A stretch of 63,758 bases of DNA, counting the filler, from Lenisia limosa (Eukaryota > Protista > Breviatea): NCBI GenBank assembly GCA_001655205.1. It is 18 parts of 18 records of this genome, joined end to end, with 100 filler letters (N's around TTAATTAATTAA, not from the genome) between each part and the next. Parts side by side here need not be neighbours in the genome. Positions count along the whole stretch, not along the records: positions 45,368 to 53,512 come from LPNZ01010152.1; positions 53,613 to 55,113 come from LPNZ01009377.1; positions 55,214 to 56,423 come from LPNZ01001482.1; positions 56,524 to 57,678 come from LPNZ01000504.1; positions 57,779 to 59,394 come from LPNZ01007269.1; positions 59,495 to 60,995 come from LPNZ01000076.1; positions 61,096 to 63,758 come from LPNZ01003774.1; 11 more parts are not named here. One strand, given 5' to 3'. The translations under genes were made by a program, and so were the position numbers. The notes under the pieces were generated by a model, which had not been told where the DNA came from, searched no databases, and saw nothing but the letters and a program-made list of their open reading frames with translations. Shown here one piece after another: positions 50,699 through 61,126 of the stretch (within the stretch, counting starts at the first letter, position 1; the number at the start of each line of letters is the position of its first letter).

Positions 50699-51816
50699 AT
50701 GGTAGGTATTGTTGAGCTTTTGTCAATACTTACAACATGGTTGTTAAGTACTTCACTATGTGTTTCACTAGTGATCGTTTGCCGTTGATCTTTCCGAGGG
50801 AGGCATATTTCTGACCTTTTATAGGTGAAGGGAACCAAACAAGTGAGCGCCAAGAAGAAATCTGATGCACCAGCTAAGGTTGAGAAGAAGCAGTCTCTTT
50901 TTGTTTCAACTCCAAAGAAATTTGGTGTTGGTCAAGATATCCAGCCAAAGCGTGATCTTTCCCGCTTTGTCAAGTGGCCAAAGTATGTTCGTATTCAGCG
51001 TCAGCGCCGCATTCTAGTTAAGCGCCTAAAGGTGCCTCCTACTCTCAATCAGTTCACCCTTACTCTTGAGAAATCTCTTGGTTTGTGGGGTACTGTTTTT
51101 TTTTGAGTCGTGAATGATGAACGGAATAATTAGGAAGAGCTGTCTGACTTATGTAATGACGCTAAATATTCATTTCTGAAGCTGCCTTTTTGAGTTTTTT
51201 TTTTCTTTTTTCTTTTTTCTCTCGCAATTAATCATTTAGCTACATCTCTCTTCCGTCTCCTCCATAAGTACCGTCCCGAGACCAAGAAGGAGAAGGCTGA
51301 TCGTCTTAAGGCTATCGCTGTCGCTAAGGCTGAGAAGAAGGACGTTAAGTCTACCAAGCCCTACTTTGTCAAATCAGGTCTCAACCATGTTACCACCCTC
51401 ATCGAGAATAAGAAAGCTCTTCTTGTTGTAATTGCTCATGATGTCGAGCCCATTGAACGTGTTCTTCATCTTCCTGCTCTTTGCCGGAAGATGGACATTC
51501 CCTACTGTATTGTTAAATCCAAGTCTCGTCTCGGTCAAGTTATCCACATGAAGACCGCAACCTGCCTTGCGCTCACAGAGGTCAAGAGCGAGGTTGGGTG
51601 AATTTTTGTGCTCATTATCGTAATTTTTCCTTACCTGTTCAGGACAAGAGCCAGCTTGCTCAGCTTAGCACTTCCATCCAGGCCAACTTCAATGATAAGT
51701 TCAATGACATCCGCAAGCAGTGGGGTGGTGGAATCATGGGTATCAAGGCCCAACACAAGGTCCACAAGCTTCAGGTCATCAAGGATCGTGAGGCTGCCAT
51801 GAAGGCTCGCATGTAA
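50699..51816 (+). CDS. RPL7A: 60S ribosomal protein L7a (eL8), complete: join(50699..50701,50825..51080,51240..51592,51643..51816)
   Basis: 786 nt (261 aa plus stop); motifs [66 protein letters not shown]; three GT-AG introns, the first directly after ATG. Confidence 0.98.
51110..51182 (+). ncRNA. Intronic box C/D snoRNA, probable U49/SNORD49 functional homologue
   Basis: In RPL7A intron 2: box C ATGATGA 51114-51120, guide TAGGAAGAGCTG 51131-51142, D-prime CTGA 51144-51147, box D CTGA 51176-51179. Guide is complementary (one G-U) to the conserved LSU rRNA CGGCUCUUCCUA. Confidence 0.8.
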
Positions 51817-53612
51817 TTGTTTCCTCAATGTATCACTTCACCAACCATTATTATTTACACTTTTGATGGAGGTAGTATAAGGCCGCGTTCCACCACCCCT
51901 AGATTCTAACCTTTTCTTAGATTTTGGGTTTGTTTTCGTCCTTTTATTTTTCTTAGATTTTTGACCTTATGGAATAAGAGATGCCAGAACGAAAAAAATC
52001 TATTGTGACCCGCCTGTATTCTTAATATGGAGGAACCGAATGGTTTCGGTTCATTCGGAGGGACACCCTTAACCTGGTGAAACGCCTAATCCAGCCTTTC
52101 AAATACTAGTTTAACTCCAGGTATTTATTTTTAATAATATTATTCATATATGGTTAAGCGATCGTAGATCTCAAATAAAAAATCATGCCTGGTACCCCTC
52201 ATCGCGGGCCCCATGAATATAATATGCTCTGCAAGCGTCGCTCGGAGCCTCTGGAGGGTACAGGGTGAATATATATATCATACCATATCATGAACAATCG
52301 AGGGGCCGCGGACCCTCGGTTAAAGTGACGAACTCCAATCTTCCCCGGATCTCCACGATCTTCGCCCGATCTTGGCCTGAACTTGTTTTGTTGGGTCAGC
52401 TCGCCACGGGGTGGTGCCCTTAGGGTAAAATACTATTCAATTATGGTCTCGTACAGAATGTTATAGCTTACAGTTTCAAAGTCTCTATCATCGGTTTTAG
52501 TCAGTGTATTTATTATTGTAAATTCGGTAAGCGGTAGGCAATTTACAATCACAGTCTCGAGATCAACGCACTTTGGTTCACCCCCTCAAGAGTTCCGTTC
52601 TATTCCGGTATAAAAACACTTTAGTTTGCTTTAAAAACTCTTGTAAGCGGCGTCAGACCTTCATATTTATGGGACTCTTTCAGGAATCTTGTCCTCCTCA
52701 ATTCTTCTCTCTCCAGACTGCCCGTTTTCATGTACATCTTACCATTACAAATGCATATAGGGCACATATAAAACGCATTCACCGGATACTTCTTTTTGCG
52801 CGCCTCTTCACCCACAATTCAAGTTCATACTACTACTGTTTTGCTAGTATTACCTTTACATACCTCCCACCTATTGCGTCATTATGTGTAGTTTACTAGT
52901 AGCACTACCAGCTACGCGGTCACTGCCGCACAAATTTCGTGTGTCGAGGTGGGGACGGGCGGTGTAGATGATTTAATTATTGGGGTTATGACGGTNNNNN
53001 NNNNNCACGGCTGCAGCTCATTTGCTGGGTTATTTCGGTTGTAGCTCGTTTGTTTGGGGTTATAACGGTTGTAGCTCGTTTGCTTGGGGTTATTACGATT
53101 TGTTTACTGTCATTATTGTTGTAGCTCAATTGCTTGAGGTTATTACGTGTTCAACAGGATTGTACTGGTTACTAGGTTCTTATTTTTTATATTGTTTAAG
53201 GATACATATTTCAAATAATTACATTTAGAATGCAACAACTTGCACCGAAACGGATTAATTCACCTAATTATATCGATTACCATATTATTATTTATAATAA
53301 TTATATTCAAGAACTTTGTGTGTATTTTGAAGATATATGTTTAGATTAATCGTGTTTTATATACCTATTAAATTAGTACTGATTAATAGTAACAAAAAAA
53401 AATGAGCAGTGAAATATTACATTGTAATGATAAACTATCTCTCTCTTCATTGAGGTGTAACAGATGCTAGATTAGTATTAATAATATACATGAGCTTACC
53501 TCAGATATTTTTNNNNNNNNNNNNNNNNNNNNNNNNNNNNNNNNNNNNNNNNNNNNTTAATTAATTAANNNNNNNNNNNNNNNNNNNNNNNNNNNNNNNN
53601 NNNNNNNNNNNN

Positions 53613-55080
53613 AAGGAGCCACGAAGCGACCGGGAGAGGTCCGATACAGTCGGTCTGATATGCTGCCCGGAACTAACAGGCAAATGGCCACTCTCACGTC
53701 AAGGTCCGGGGAGTTTACTATGAGCTCTGCTTTAGTTCTAAAACACTGAACACAATGTTAGAGATGTGCATTTTCCCCCAGTTTCGCGACAGTTTTACTA
53801 ATGTTGAAGACTGAATTACACGATAAATGATCGTTGTATACCTCTGTATATGTTTCCAGCCTTTTTAGGGCCCTCTAACGTCCTAGGTCCACGGCCCTGC
53901 CGTTACCATACAAACCCAGCGATGGAACGGAAGACGAAATTCCCATTGACGCTACTATGAAATCCGTGAGGAGGGGCACATATCATGTGAAAATCATCTT
54001 ATGCATAACGTAATCCATGAAGACCACAAGAGCTCCTTTATTTCTTCAAGATTTGTACTAATCATCTCACCGTTTTTTGTTGTTGTTGTTGGTGGTGGTG
54101 GTGTTGTTGGTGTTGGTGTTGGTGTTGGTTGTTTTCAAACCCTCGTGTGTTTCAGGTAAATCCAAAAGATTTTGCATTTCTGTATCATAATTATTTTTAC
54201 CCCCCTCNNNNNNNNNNNNNNNNNNNNNNNNNNNNNNNNNNNNNNNNNNNNNNNNNNNNNNNNNNNNNNNNNNNNNNNNNNNNNNNNNNNNNNNNNNNNN
54301 NNNNNNNNNNNNNNNNNNNNNNNNNNNNNNNNNNNNNNNNNNNNNNNAAATACCAACAGGGTGGCGTCAAGACCAAGACGGTAAGTTGCCTTTTATGGAG
54401 GGCTTCACTTATAACAATATCATATATTTTGCCCTTTAAAAAATTATTTCTTCGTCTATCGTGGACCAACATCTGACCAATAGGTCGAGTGCCAATAACA
54501 CACCTGCTGCAGTGTCCACTCCAACCCCGCGTTCCTCTCTCAACGCTTCCCTGCTGCCTGGTGGGACAAAAGGTGTTGTATATCCAATATCTCTTATATG
54601 CGTGGTGTGGACGGCTTCGGCGAGATACCATCTTGTTTTATTTCTTAGTTCTAATGTTATTGATCACCCCCCCCCCTACATTAACGTTCACACACAAACA
54701 CAACATCTAACCCCCCCAGACCAGCCAGCATCAGCCCACCGCCCCCAAGCCGCCACCATCACCCGGCCCGCATCAAGGTCTGGGGGGGATACTGTATAGA
54801 AGTTGTATAGAGGAGGGATACTATCATATTGAGGGAAGAGAAAGGGGAGAGGGTGGAGTTGCATCTAAGACTTCCCTACGCTCCCAAAAAAGACCGAATC
54901 TCTCGATAAATTCTCGATATATCCTCGATATTTAAACGGTCTTTTTCAGACCGTAGGGAAGCCCTAGTTGCATCACAAACAATACCTATATTGACGATTT
55001 AGAACGTCGTCCTCGTCCCCTCCTGTGGCTGAAACGCCAAGTAGAAAAGGGACGCAACCAAGGCGAACAACAATGGGTAT
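53613..55080 (+). CDS. Partial multi-exon gene, S/T/P-rich low-complexity protein
   Basis: Exons ..EDEIPIDATMKS (gtgagg), KYQQGGVKTKT (gtaagt), SSANNTPAAVSTPTPRSSLNASLLP, TSSSSPPVAETPSRKGTQPRRTTM (gtatgt). Confidence 0.55.
54867..54965. mobile_element. MITE family A, type-2 arms, intronic
   Basis: aagacttccctacgctcccaaaaaagacc..ggtctttttcagaccgtagggaagccct. Confidence 0.8.
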
Positions 55081-55259
55081 GTGTGGGGAGTAATGTGAAT
55101 TATAAGGTGTGAANNNNNNNNNNNNNNNNNNNNNNNNNNNNNNNNNNNNNNNNNNNNTTAATTAATTAANNNNNNNNNNNNNNNNNNNNNNNNNNNNNNN
55201 NNNNNNNNNNNNNACATCAACAGAGTATTCTCAGAATGACAATGATTATTGAGACACAC

Positions 55260-56045
55260 TTCAGATACCCACCCTCATGCAGCACTATGAGCGGGCTCTT
55301 CTTCATGAACAAAACTTGCGCCTTAGTTACCATGACATGCACAAGCACTGTTCTTGAACGCCACCGTTCATGACTCAGATTGTTTCGCTCTAAAAGGGGG
55401 CATTGTGAGCGGTGGATTCTTGATGGATACTTAAGATGCGCTCTTTGGAAGGAATACATAGAGAGTAAAGGTTTCAGTATCAAAGCCTTTTTTTTTTAAA
55501 AAAATGGATGTCTTCTTCAGATCCAGCGTGAAGCCCTCCAACCAATCAGAACGTTTTTGATTGACTTCGTGTTCTCCATATGAAGGTTGAACCCCATGAC
55601 AAAGAGGGCTCCAAATGCCAACCCTAAATGGTGACTTCGTGACAAGCTTCTTTTCTTCTAATCAAAACTATTGTAATAGTGATCCAAGTGTCAAGGAGAA
55701 GATAAAATATGGCTACTTTCGAGAATTGCACTCAAACCCAATCAAAAAAATTATAATAATCATATTTCATAAAAACCCTGGGGATACAGACCGAATATGT
55801 GTACCCCTAAATTCAGTCTTTTCCCGAGAGAGTCAAGCAATTTCCCACGAGGATGATAGTAGCCAGTATTAAACATGTATTGCATTATACTCCGCCTACA
55901 AATAACAGGAAGGTACTCCGGCCCGTGGTTCAAGAACCACATGGTGTAATAGGAGAAGGTTGAGATGTAGATGACCATGATGGTGCGTGAGTGAAGTCCT
56001 GCATATGATGCCCCGAAAATGATGACGAGGAACCCGACCTTGGAA
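55260..56045 (-). CDS. Partial membrane-protein gene; TM helices followed by a charged segment (nucleotide-cyclase-like layout possible, unproven)
   Basis: VGFLVIIFGASYAGLHSRTIMVIYISTFSYYTMWFL, LAFGALFVMGFNLHMEN, LERNNLSHERWRSRTVLVHVM; no catalytic motif seen. Confidence 0.35.
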
Positions 56046-56535
56046 GAGTAAAACGCGAATGTTGCTTGGAAATATACACATACAAAACAAAAGTTGTATT
56101 TAAAGGCAGAATAAGATAAAAGATGTATTATTATGTATGATAGTATCTCAAGATTCAGATTGCTACATGACTATTCGGCCTACACTGAGGTTGAGGAAGA
56201 AAAGGCTATCAGGTCCGTACCTAAAAAGTCAGTAAAGAGTCGGAACGTGAAGCACACTGGGCACCACCCAAGGCTTCTATCCATCACCAGGGAATGAAAT
56301 AATTATAGAATTGACACTATGAATAAATCCACCTCCTTAGAACTCTTTCTGTATGACACTTCATAAGTACACAATACTGAATAAGATAATGTCTTCTTTA
56401 TTTATAGCTTTGAAATTATCCTANNNNNNNNNNNNNNNNNNNNNNNNNNNNNNNNNNNNNNNNNNNNTTAATTAATTAANNNNNNNNNNNNNNNNNNNNN
56501 NNNNNNNNNNNNNNNNNNNNNNNCCCCCTCCCTCA

Positions 56536-57489
56536 GTATGTGACGACGCGCATCGCAGACTTTTGGTATCCGACAGTCTCACCAACCTTGGCAATACCCT
56601 CTTTGGCATCATGGGCGGCGCGCAAGAGTTAGCTGGGCCTGATTCTGCTTATGCTTCCCTATGGCTCCAAAATAGACTGAAAATCTCGATAAATCCTCAA
56701 AACTAGTCGATATTGTAACGGTCTTTTTCGGACCATAGGGAAGCCTGAGATACTTCTCGTGCTAATAGTTTCACATTATGACAAAGACCCCTAGTGTTTA
56801 CCAAAAGTTGTTTTAATAAAATGTTATTCATGTCTTATGCAGCATTCTGTCCGATAACTTGTCCGAAAAAGGAAATTTCTCGATAAATCCTCGAAATCCT
56901 CGAAATATTATTATTGGTCTTTTGTGAACCAAAGTGAAGCCCTATTATAACTCTGACCAATACCGATCACAGTATCACACTTAAGAGCTGCCATGACTAC
57001 ATTCTCAAATCCATTTAATTCGCTACATGTTTACCCACCCATATTAGGGAGTTTCAGCATGACTCGAAAGACGTTCTTCTGGCTCTCACCATCAATGACA
57101 TGTTGGGGGGTGTGGTGATAGTTCACAATAGTATCACAAATACATAGGCACTAAGTCAATTTAAAGACAAATTTTAACAGACCTCCCGCACCCAAGATCC
57201 GCCACCATTACAATATCCCCTAATACAACATATCTCCCACTCCTATTACAATATCCCTTAATATTGAGTTTTATCCTTTTTCCCCCCCATTTTCTGGGCT
57301 TTTTTGTTTTGTTGTTACCAACCTTCGTGTGTTGTCAGCTAAGATTTTGGGCTTTTTGTTTCATAAATTTTCCAATTTTACTCCCCCTCCCCCTCCATGA
57401 CTCATCAGGACCATTAAAATGGCCCACATTACGCAGGTCGCTGCATCCAAGTACCTCACTGAGGAGTACGCTCACCGTGTCAGGAATAA
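56536..57489 (+). CDS. Partial multi-exon gene, unknown product
   Basis: Open segments LTNLGNTLFGIMGGAQELAG, FQHDSKDVLLALTINDM, TIKMAHITQVAASKYLTEEYAHRVRNK (gtagga). Confidence 0.45.
56651..56746. mobile_element. MITE family A, type-2 arms
   Basis: gcttccctatggctccaaaatagac..gtctttttcggaccatagggaagcct. Further partial or degenerate family A copies near 26663, 26905, 27099, 29310, 30501, 32625, 34505, 34697, 36687, 44580, 45103, 54399 and 56862. Confidence 0.8.
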
Positions 57490-57875
57490 GGTAGGACCCA
57501 CCCCTAATATTGATATAATATATCATTTAGTACATATTGATATGATATGTTTATCGATATAGATATGAACGACAACACCCCCTTTACTGACATAATATAT
57601 GATAGGACCCCTATATACATACCTAAAATAAGGTGCCCCGTTTTGGATCATGCTTACGCAACTGGGGAATAAGTCCCTNNNNNNNNNNNNNNNNNNNNNN
57701 NNNNNNNNNNNNNNNNNNNNNNTTAATTAATTAANNNNNNNNNNNNNNNNNNNNNNNNNNNNNNNNNNNNNNNNNNNNACACACAACATTTTATTTCTGA
57801 AAATACCAGGTTTTCTTTTGTTTCATAAAATATAATCTTGTATTTCAAAAATTGTCCATTTTTACTCTCCCCCAG

Positions 57876-59233
57876 ACCATGGAAATAGCCGATTTCGGAC
57901 CAGCAGTCGGAGCTCTTGCCCAGGGCCCTCGTGCTTACTACTCACAACTGGAGGCTTCTACTGCTCCTCTGGTTTGCTTTTCAGAATTACAGTTTTTTTT
58001 CCATTTGTCAAGTTGTAAGGCAAATGATTGGGTGAATTAATATTATGCTATAATCAATATCTCTTACGTGATGGGTCAGAAGAACCTTTTTTATTTCTCA
58101 TCTCAAAATAACATAGTTAATAACCAACCTTTTTTTTTATCATCACATCCCCAGGATATTTTGATTGGCATTGTGGCAGGGTACCGCGTGTCTCTCAACT
58201 CAGCAAACAACACCAGAAAACAGGTATGGAACCCCAGGTTTATTTAGTTCTGCGTGTTTATTAACATTGATAATAAATTATATTCAATTATTCGCTCTGT
58301 AATTATTCACACTAATCATAATCCTAATGGTTATGATTATATTTTATACTGTCCCCCCCCCCCTTAGTCTGGGATCCGGTGCTGCAGAAGCAACTGGCCT
58401 GGGCTTTGTTNNNNNNNNNNNNNNNNNNNNNNNNNNNNNNNNNNNNNNNNNNNNNNNNNNNNNNNNNNNNNNNNNNNNNNNNNNNNNNNNNNNNNNNNNN
58501 NNNNNNNNNNNNNNTGGCGTGCGCGTGGTTGGCGTCGGCCTTCATCCAGAGCCTTCTCACTTCCACTCTCCCCAACCCTGCCAGGAAGTGGGGGGGGGTT
58601 AATTGGATTATTAAAGGAGAGTGCAATTTTTACAGTTGTTGAGCTGGTGATGATAAATGCCTTCAATCTACAGCCAATTTTCCAGTTTCACCCCCCAGGA
58701 TCGACTATCTGATGTTCACTCCGCTCCAATTGTCGACAACCATGGACCCATTTGACCCTCTCGAAGGTGGGAGGTTTATGATACTATATAATGATGATGA
58801 GGAGGTAGGGCTTCACTTCGGTTCGAAAAAAGAATGAATTTCTCGATAAATCTTTGAAAATATCGATATTTAATGTTATTTTTTTCGAACCGAAGTGAAG
58901 CCCTAATCTTAGATGTGATGTACTATCTACAGGGCAGAAAGCTGTGTGCACAGAGTTAAGGCAAATGATTAGGTGAATTAATATTATCTTTTCCAAGCGC
59001 TATTATGCAGATAAAGCCTCGTTTTTTCAATTTCTCATTGATATATTACAGAGACCAGGCTCAGAGTTGACCTATTTTCCAATATTCTTCATTGCAGTGT
59101 TGATTTTGGGCTTCTTTTTTTTTGTTTTGTTTAATAAATTGTCCAATCACCCCTCCCCCCCAGGCAACCATGCCAGCAGTTTGGCGTCCGCCTCTGTCGG
59201 AGACCTGCCTTCAGCCTTGGTCACTCCATCCGA
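57876..59233 (+). CDS. Partial multi-exon gene, unknown product
   Basis: Exons TMEIADFGPAVGALAQGPRAYYSQLEASTAPL, DILIGIVAGYRVSLNSANNTRKQ (gtatgg), ACAWLASAFIQSLLTSTLPNPARK, NHASSLASASVGDLPSALVTPSE. Confidence 0.55.
58807..58904. mobile_element. Hairpin MITE family A, type-1 arms (best copy), intronic
   Basis: TA-GGGCTTCACTTCGGTTCGAAAAAAGA..TTTTTTCGAACCGAAGTGAAGCCC-TA; about 22-bp TIRs, TA on both flanks. Confidence 0.85.
58945..58986 (+). repeat. Short dispersed repeat family G (about 40 bp)
   Basis: tgtgcacagagttaaggcaaatgatt(g/a)ggtgaattaatatta; copies at 58015-58046 (+), 33990-34034 (-), 32108-32152 (-), fragment at 12480 (+). Confidence 0.7.
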
Positions 59234-59648
59234 GGTATAGAGGGGGTTCAAGTGAAATAGTTTCAATGGACTATAACAACTCGTCATAATTAACACTTCT
59301 GAAAATAAAACGCGGGCGGAAAAGTTGCATTCGATTTTGTTTGTTTTGTTTCATGTTTTTTGCCGAAGTGATGGGATGCGGTGTTGCAAAAGCGNNNNNN
59401 NNNNNNNNNNNNNNNNNNNNNNNNNNNNNNNNNNNNNNTTAATTAATTAANNNNNNNNNNNNNNNNNNNNNNNNNNNNNNNNNNNNNNNNNNNNCTGGTA
59501 CAGGAAAAACATAAAACACAAAACGATGGCACATCTCCATCATTCACACAAGTATTACAAACCAGACAATTACATCTCTAGTTGATTAAGTTTTTTTAAA
59601 AAAGGAATCACGGAAGAATGGCTGATACCTACCTAAACAATATCGTCT

Positions 59649-60745
59649 TCAACAGAAGAAGTCTGAAGAGTTAGCAGAAGTATCATTTGCTACAGCAAAC
59701 GTAAAAGAGAAGATTATTCCCATGCAATCTCCATCAGCGTCAGCATCGAAGCTCGGATCTTCAAGCGGAGGAACGCTATCAGCCAAGAGGGAACGGATGT
59801 ACTCGACAGCATACGTCACTGCACTGTTGGCATTAGCTGCGACTGTGCCTTCTGTGGCAGGGTCCTTGAACTGCACAAGCTTGCCCATCCGGTTTCTGTT
59901 GCCTTCAGATTCTTCTAAAACTATAAGTGTTCATTTAAGCGGGGTTAAGTTTAATGGCCTAGTTGGGAATTGTCTTGATACTTGAAAAAAAAGTCTTCCC
60001 TTTTACTATTTCTAAAAGACTGCCGAGAGGGAAAAGAAGCAAGATCAGAGAAGAACGATTTTTCAAATAGTATCTCTTTCAGCTTACTTATGATGCGTAA
60101 AACTATATTATATATCATATACAAGTTGTAAGTATTGTTGTTTGGATATGGGTTAGGCGACTGATACCTCTTAAATGAAGAGTAGAGAGAAAAGAAAATG
60201 AAGGGTGATTACTAAAGAAAAAACAGAATTCCTTTTTTAAAAACAATACTTGACCATTCCCAAAAAACCGACTTAAACTGATCTTTATCCTCTTTAACCC
60301 CACTTTAATATGACTAACCTTTGATACCAAACTGCCCCATCAGAGCCCGTGCTGCGTCCAAGACGTCAATAAGCATTGTCAGCTTATAAGCAAACGGCTC
60401 TTTCGATCCACGATGTGCCTACCGGGAAGATTATCAACAAAAGCTCTACTCCATTCATAAAAGCACACAAAAAAGTGCCACCCCAAACATCTGAAAACTA
60501 ACTTTTAGCGACGCGAGCTTCTTGAGGAGATCATTGAAAAATTCAATTTGACCATCAGTTGCTATCTTCGGAGCTAAAAAAATTGAATAAAGAATACTAA
60601 ATATACAATCCAGGTTAGCATATTTTTTCTCACCATTTTCGCCGAGTGACACAGTCATCGCTTGAAAAAAGAGGGCCTTCTGTCTGGAGGAGTCACGGTG
60701 CATCATGCATGCAATTCGGCAACAGGTGCGGAGGTACTTGAACCT
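59649..60745 (-). CDS. Partial multi-exon gene, unknown product
   Basis: Exons FKYLRTCCRIACMMHRDSSRQKALFFQAMTVSLGEN, APKIATDGQIEFFNDLLKKLASLK, LTMLIDVLDAARALMGQF, MGKLVQFKDPATEGTVAANANSAVTYAVEYIRSLL. Confidence 0.5.
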
Positions 60746-61126
60746 AACGTGTCAGAGTAGAGAGAGAAAGGTACATGTTTGTATGATAATACATATATTA
60801 TCATTAATCACTAATATATGGATTACTACTTGAATACTACAGCGCTATATTATTGATGAATCTGCTCATGTTGCCATATAATCAATATACTATATATGCT
60901 ACCGACACTAAACCCGATTTTACCCGATTTTTTATAAATTTCCATTTTCCGTCTTTTTTTCTTGCTTTCTTTGTCTCAAAAATATGGCAAAACACNNNNN
61001 NNNNNNNNNNNNNNNNNNNNNNNNNNNNNNNNNNNNNNNTTAATTAATTAANNNNNNNNNNNNNNNNNNNNNNNNNNNNNNNNNNNNNNNNNNNNATATT
61101 AAAGTAAAATGTGGAAAACTATTATC

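Noticed and set aside
50702-50824. Second snoRNA in RPL7A intron 1
   Set aside because: A CTGA lies near the 3-prime end, but I found no convincing box C and no recognisable rRNA complement.
52030-52320. Structured ncRNA (SRP, RNase P/MRP, tRNA) suggested by GC-rich hairpins
   Set aside because: No diagnostic motifs found; the minus strand has exon-like open segments instead.
58367-58410. Exon WDPVLQKQLAWAL
   Set aside because: It is a family B repeat copy (tgggatccggtgctgcagaagcaactggcctgggctttgtt).
25058-58904. MITE A as an introner
   Set aside because: Apart from the 25042-25140 case, copies that can be placed (e.g. 58807, 54867, 33052) lie well inside introns, not at their boundaries.
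2344-61051. Regularly recurring TTAATTAATTAA as a biological repeat or CRISPR-like array
   Set aside because: Always centred in exactly 44+44 Ns; it is a six-frame-stop contig joiner.
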